Part shown: piece by piece, positions 59,091 through 64,000 of the stretch
Position numbering within the stretch: the stretch's first letter is position 1
How the letters are laid out: every line of letters begins with the position of its first letter
Origin: Asterionella formosa
Taxonomy: Eukaryota
Assembly: GCA_002256025.1 (NCBI GenBank)
Contig: NKIB01013093.1
Coordinates: 1 to 64,000 of the forward strand
Direction of reading: 5' to 3'
DNA: 64,000 nt
The notes under the pieces: generated by a model
Database searches by the model: none
What the model saw: only the letters and a program-made list of their open reading frames with translations
What the model was told of the DNA's origin: nothing
Program-made: the position numbers and the translations under genes

Positions 59091-60323
59091 ATGGGAAACA
59101 AACCAATCAAGGTCGGCATCCAGTTGGATCGATTTACGTATAAATCTGGGAGTGAACTGACAGGACGGGTCTTTCTGTCCGTGTCAGACGGCGCGGAAGG
59201 CATTCCAATTAGCAGCACTGGCGTCACTTTGGCTATCGTCGGCGAAGAATATTATGGAATAGTAGTGCGAGGACAGAATCCTCAAACAAAAGCCCCCGTC
59301 AATGAGGTAGATGAGGTACATCAGTTCCTCCGTATAGAGGTACCACTGACAGCATTCCAGTCGAAATGTATCCCATCGACTGGTCAATATGAGTATCCGT
59401 TTCAGTGGACAATCCCTGCCCATTTGCCCAGCTCCATGGCATGCCAATATTTCAACGTGCACTGCGGAATCCGGTACAAAATCACTGCCTTCTTGAACCA
59501 ACCAGCAGCAAGGCACATCTCGGAATATACCGCGACTCAACTTTTTAAAATTTCCGCTGAAGGCCAGCACAAGGCAGCGACCACAGGCATTGTCGTTGTC
59601 GAACCAGAATACATTCCCGTCCATGTTTGTTGTTTCAATAAAGGTTCCATGATGCTGGGATTTGACATTTCATCAACGAATGTCTCGCCAAATTCGACTC
59701 TAGAAGTTGGAATTGTTGGAACGAATGCATCTTTTGTTGATGTCCACTATCTAAAGGCGGAGTTGTTTGAAGCGGTTGAGTGCCCCTTTCCCCATGACAA
59801 CGGCCATAATAAGTATACGATGAGGCGGCTATTAGCAGAAAGGAAGTTTGGACCAAATGAGCATTGGGCTCCTATTATTAACACTCCTCGTTTGAGTTAC
59901 ATGGATCAAGTGCAGGTAACTGAAGAAACAGTTGGTCGAGTCCATGGAGTTTTGCGATTGCCAACTGATGCTAGAGATACCTATCAAGGATCTTTTATTG
60001 TAGTCAGTCACTCCCTTGTAGTTACTGCAGTGACTTCAGGAGCATGCTTTGTCACTTCACCCTCGACCTTCATTCCTGTTCGAATGGGGAGACAGGAGGC
60101 TTCTATCGATGACGATGACACAGTTGGCCTTCACCAAGGTGCTCCCATTGGGGGTAACTTATGTGAGTTGCAAGATGATCCTCCTATGGAATCTGCTCAA
60201 TTTTTACCTGTCGGTTGGTCGCCCCATGAAGCAGATGTAGTTTTCATTCCAGCTTCTACAGTTTCACTTGAAGGCGACTACAGCTTAGTGGAACTCACGC
60301 CGACAGCTCTAGATCCTTTGTGA
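59091..60323 (+). CDS. Arrestin-domain (alpha-arrestin-like) protein, 410 aa
   Basis: Y.SG..LTGRV, GQYEYPFQWTIPAHLPSSM, GIRYKITA and DTYQGSFIVVSHSL motifs. N-terminal MG is a possible myristoylation site. Confidence 0.85.
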   Translation: MGNKPIKVGIQLDRFTYKSGSELTGRVFLSVSDGAEGIPISSTGVTLAIVGEEYYGIVVRGQNPQTKAPVNEVDEVHQFLRIEVPLTAFQSKCIPSTGQYEYPFQWTIPAHLPSSMACQYFNVHCGIRYKITAFLNQPAARHISEYTATQLFKISAEGQHKAATTGIVVVEPEYIPVHVCCFNKGSMMLGFDISSTNVSPNSTLEVGIVGTNASFVDVHYLKAELFEAVECPFPHDNGHNKYTMRRLLAERKFGPNEHWAPIINTPRLSYMDQVQVTEETVGRVHGVLRLPTDARDTYQGSFIVVSHSLVVTAVTSGACFVTSPSTFIPVRMGRQEASIDDDDTVGLHQGAPIGGNLCELQDDPPMESAQFLPVGWSPHEADVVFIPASTVSLEGDYSLVELTPTALDPL

Positions 60324-60867
60324 CGAAACGAAAATATCATTCGAAGGAATTTTTTGACAACAAATTCAAAGACAATGGTTTTGGTTGATGACCCAAAAAT
60401 TTGAGGGTTTAGGGGACAAGAAGTTTTGATATTTATAAATTATTTTCAGAGGGCAGAAGGTTCGAGTTCATTGTAGTCACATTGGTAACTAGATTCGAAC
60501 ATTGTGCTCACGAGTGATGGGAATCTACCATTAAAAGCAAGAGAAGAAAAATTAAACCTGACAAAGACGAACCAGGAGGCATATAGTTCACCGAAGAAAA
60601 ACTATATACCGGTAAATAAATACCTTTCTTTTTAATTTAGCAGACAGTTGACTAATTATTCAACGAAAGCAATACTCTAATCTTCGCAAAGTTGCAAAAA
60701 ATGGCATTCATTCAATCAGTACTCAAGTAAAACCAAGACCTCGTAAGCATGTTCATTCTACACCTTCCTTCGATGCTTGTTAGTTATTAAGTAGTGTGGA
60801 ATATTCTCTATTATTCATCCATATAATATATACAACCATTTCACTCCCTCTGATTTCCGATGCTCCT

Positions 60868-60950
60868 CATGTATTCTATTTATCTTTCAGCCATTTCAGT
60901 AATGCCATCTGGTTACTCCTGAAACAACGTCATTCACTGCTATATAACAT
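60868..60950 (-). promoter_or_regulatory. SECIS element candidate in the 3' UTR of the selenoprotein gene
   Basis: Minus strand: AUGAC-GUUGUUUCAG-GAGUAACCAGAUGGCAUUA-CUGAAAUGGC-UGAA. This gives an AUGA...GA core and a fully paired 10-bp helix II (3 G-U). Helix I is weak. Confidence 0.75.
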
Positions 60951-60998
60951 TTCGGCAGCGTAAATTTCCATTGGTAGCGGTATTTTAGTACGACGCAA

Positions 60999-61454
60999 CT
61001 AGACCCGTTGTCATCCAACCTTTGGGTCGCAAGGCAAATCTTTCATTCCTCGAATATTTGCCCCTGGTTGTTTCCTTCTCCCTCCACCACTAGATGAAGG
61101 AGATGTTATACCACTAGCACTACTAGTCGTGATGCGATTGAAACATGTGTAGGCACCCAGTGCAATCAGTAATGCAATAGCTACCATGGTAACAACAAAG
61201 AACAAGGAACGAGTAAGTAACAAAACCATCCCACAGTGTACACAACAACAAAATCGTAGCTACTTCCAAGCATTTGACGCACTCCCAGAGGGTCCCAGAA
61301 GAAAAGAAATAATGGCAAGTGATACCAAGAATTGCTTCACGTCGAGGTTGAATCCAAAGACATCAACAGTGGTACCACCAGAAGACGTCAAGGTCTCATC
61401 GCCGGCTACGACTTCGCCGTTGACAATCCTTGTCTTTGTCTTTCTCGCTACCAT
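60999..61454 (-). CDS. Small membrane selenoprotein (SelK/FAM241-like), 117 aa with Sec at residue 114; exons 61454-61283 and 61180-60999
   Basis: A GTGCGT...TAG intron (61282-61181) joins two track ORFs in frame. C-terminus GANIRGMKDLPCDPKVG-UGA-QRV-TAG, N-terminal RIVNGEVV, and a downstream SECIS-like hairpin. Confidence 0.8.
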
Positions 61455-61689
61455 TCCAATATGGTATTTACCACAGTTGGGAAGTAAAAGTCGTCACGAT
61501 TTTAAATGAGGCTGAGGATCTTGTAGAGTCTACATACACCCCCAACATGTGCCTCATCACAAATGGAACAAAGAAAATGTAGACAACCTTGGTGTGCTAC
61601 GGGAATCCCATGGAAGCGCGAATGACTAAAAACAGGAACCAGGCAGGCGGCAGATTGCTTCATCCACACATGTGCATGGTGTTGTTTTC

Positions 61690-61818
61690 TGGTACCTCGT
61701 ACTATTCGGTGTACCTGGTACCTGGTACCTGGTAAAACTACATTCTTATGTAGGTAGCAATACCTGGTACCTGGTACCTGGTACCAGGTACCTGGTACCT
61801 GGTACCCTGGTACCAGTA
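61690..61818. repeat. TACCTGG heptamer array upstream of the selenoprotein gene
   Basis: (TACCTGG)n runs with interspersed TACCAGG, TACCCTGG and TACCAG units. Confidence 0.9.
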
Positions 61819-62392
61819 AGTAAAGCATAATAATCGAGCTTATAAGTTCAAGGGTTTTGCTAATCCTAGACCTACAGGCGGGTCTACCTGGTGGCCACAG
61901 AAATTGCACCCAGCGTTTTAGTACCGGTAGTCGAGTTTTGAGCTCACAAACAACATTTGAAAAGCTTTTGAGATCCCATGCATCATTCTGTTACTGTTAG
62001 TATGGATGACTTACCCTGTTTCGCCGCCCAACAAAAGGTTGACCCTGGTTTGGAATCTCTTATGATCATTCCAGGCAGGTCAAAAGCTATCAAGAAGAAA
62101 TGTTTTGTAATGAGGGGTCAATCTTTATGGGACAACTCTCATACAAGTTAATCCCATGCAGCAATCACCTTGCATGGTGAAATTGACCAAGAAGGTCACC
62201 CATGTTATGGTAATGGGTTTATTGCATGCAAGGGTATAGACCCTATATTTGTGGCATTCCACCAAACAAGAAGAAGATGCACCAGTTGTTGGTTTCTTGA
62301 ACAATAGAGAATAGCCCCTCCCTCCCCCAAATGAAATATTACGAGGTTCTCAAATATACTATTGTTTATGTCCTTTCAGCCCCTCACACGAT

Positions 62393-63863
62393 ATGGTAGG
62401 GCTTTCAGATACCGGTAGTCGTGTCCTCCAACTCACCATGAAGTATCGTGGAGCCATGGATCTTGTCAAGAATTTTGTACTTTTTAGTAATTGCAACAAC
62501 AAAAACAATTATAATAATAGCACAACATTCAAAGCTGCTATTACCAGTAGCAGTAGACGAGAATTGGAAGCCATATTGTTCCGGCTGATCCAGAATGGGG
62601 TACCGGTACCCTGTATCCCTTGGGGTCACCATTGGGTATTGCAAATGGTGTACTACTCTCTACCAGCCACAGTATGGGTCTATGAGTACACACAGGCACA
62701 AAATACAATGCGACAGAAGAAACGATGCATCGACACTGCGGCTGATAGTCAAACAGGTATTATAATGGCAAACAGTGCAACTATTGGTATTGCACATCAG
62801 GATTGATCCAAGATTACGTCCCTTTCACGGAATGCTCCCTTCTTGTATGCACTAGCTAGGTCTCACCAATGAACGAGGTGAAACCAAACCAACCAAGTCA
62901 GCAAAAATAAAGCGATGTAAAAAATTTGTGGAAATTGTTAGTCACTTGATCCAAATTGCATTGGTGGAACCCACTGCTGCTGCTGCTCCTGCTGCTGCTG
63001 CTGCTCCTCCTCCTGCTCCTCCTGCTCCTGCTCCTGCTCCTGCTCTTACTACTCTTAAGAGAATCATATTATGTACTGACATGGGATGTGGTCAAGGATA
63101 CTTGACATTTTCGTTACAGCATCATTATTTAAAGGAAAAGTGTCATGGGAAGCAAATACAAATCCACTCGAAAGGGATTGATATGAGACCCAAATTGGCT
63201 AAGGAAATGAATGATATTGCAACGAAGCTGAACATGGAAGGATTAGCGTTTGAAGGAGGAACTATTGAAGATGGGTTATTTCCTCAGACTGATGACCATG
63301 AGCGGTCAATAGTACATGCTGCAACCACAGAAAACCCATCACTTGACATTTTGATTGCCCTGTATGCATGCGATTCTGCCACAGATGATGCCATTTGGTA
63401 TGGAATGTTACAGCAATCAGATATTATTGTGGTGGCCCCATGTTGTCACAAACAAATTCGACAACAACTTGACCAATGCTTGTCTACAACTACCACTACC
63501 ACCAGTCATCCACTTGGATCTGTCTTACAGCACAATGTGTACAAAGAACGCATGGCCGAAATGGTCACTGATTCCATCTGTGCTCTATTACTGGAATTGA
63601 CCAATTATCGAACACAAGTCTTTGAATTTGTTGGTGGAGAGCACACATCAAAGAATCATGTCATGATTAATGCAGTGAAATGAACCAAGAAACGAACTGT
63701 CCAAGAACAATGTGAGTTGAGGACCAAGTTAAAGGCACTGGCAACCTTGCATGGGGTCGTCAATCAACAATTGGCCAAGTGGATGAATGTAGAGTTGAGT
63801 GATAACATTCCATCAACAACAACAACCATGAAGCTATCAACCAAGAAAATGCCTCCTTTGTAA
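62393..63863 (+). pseudogene. SAM-dependent methyltransferase (Methyltransf_32-like) pseudogene
   Basis: Motifs DMGCGQGYLTF, IALYACDSATDDA, VAPCCHKQ and VFEFVGGEHTSKN. In-frame TGA at 62804-62806 and 63681-63683 and a +4 frameshift at about 62855. The reading continues 59 codons to TAA at 63863. Confidence 0.8.
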
Positions 63864-64000
63864 GGAGTGTATCAACCTTGGTTTTGAGAAATTTGTATAA
63901 ATCAATCATGGCAGTTCCCACTGTATTATTTAACTATCATGATTATTTGCATGTAAACAAGAAAATAATGAAAGACTAAAATGGAACTTTACTGATTGCA

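Noticed and set aside
63681..63683. In-frame TGA in the methyltransferase as a second selenocysteine
   Set aside because: It is not in a Cys/redox motif, and the same gene has another TGA and frameshifts. CGA>TGA decay explains it, and I saw no SECIS downstream.

Overview
Eukaryotic nuclear DNA, almost certainly from a diatom or close ochrophyte. This is inferred from short GT-AG introns, signal-peptide + ASAF-type plastid presequences, a nuclear cytochrome c6-like gene and CoDi-type Copia remnants. About 19 apparently intact protein genes alternate with AT-rich blocks of decayed transposons. The genes include an INPP4-like phosphatase, a triple-HMG-box protein, an ABCG half-transporter, CGR1, an HSL-family hydrolase, a metallophosphoesterase, GT23- and GT90-like glycosyltransferases, a TOM1-like multi-pass protein, a cathepsin D-like protease, an IQ-repeat protein, a SET-domain protein, an aldo-keto reductase, an arrestin-like protein and several unknowns. 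The transposon blocks include Copia, Gypsy, LINE, PIF/Harbinger-like, MITE and SINE-like remnants. Five observations stand out. (1) A two-exon SelK/FAM241-like membrane selenoprotein missed by the ORF track, with an in-frame UGA and a SECIS-like hairpin about 78 nt downstream. (2) Empty-versus-filled comparisons within the window suggest the ubiquitous TACCTGG/TACCGGTA intergenic 'satellite' is built from repeated small insertions at TA dinucleotides, like stacked Tc1/mariner excision footprints. (3) A Gypsy family whose junctions lie at CCWGG in those arrays and which lacks a canonical tRNA primer site. (4) A cytochrome c6-like protein lacking the axial Met. (5) A tRNA-headed, densely base-paired, possibly pseudoknotted element. 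All coordinates, splice sites, alignments and folds were worked out by eye. No database searches were run, so family names rest on remembered motifs.
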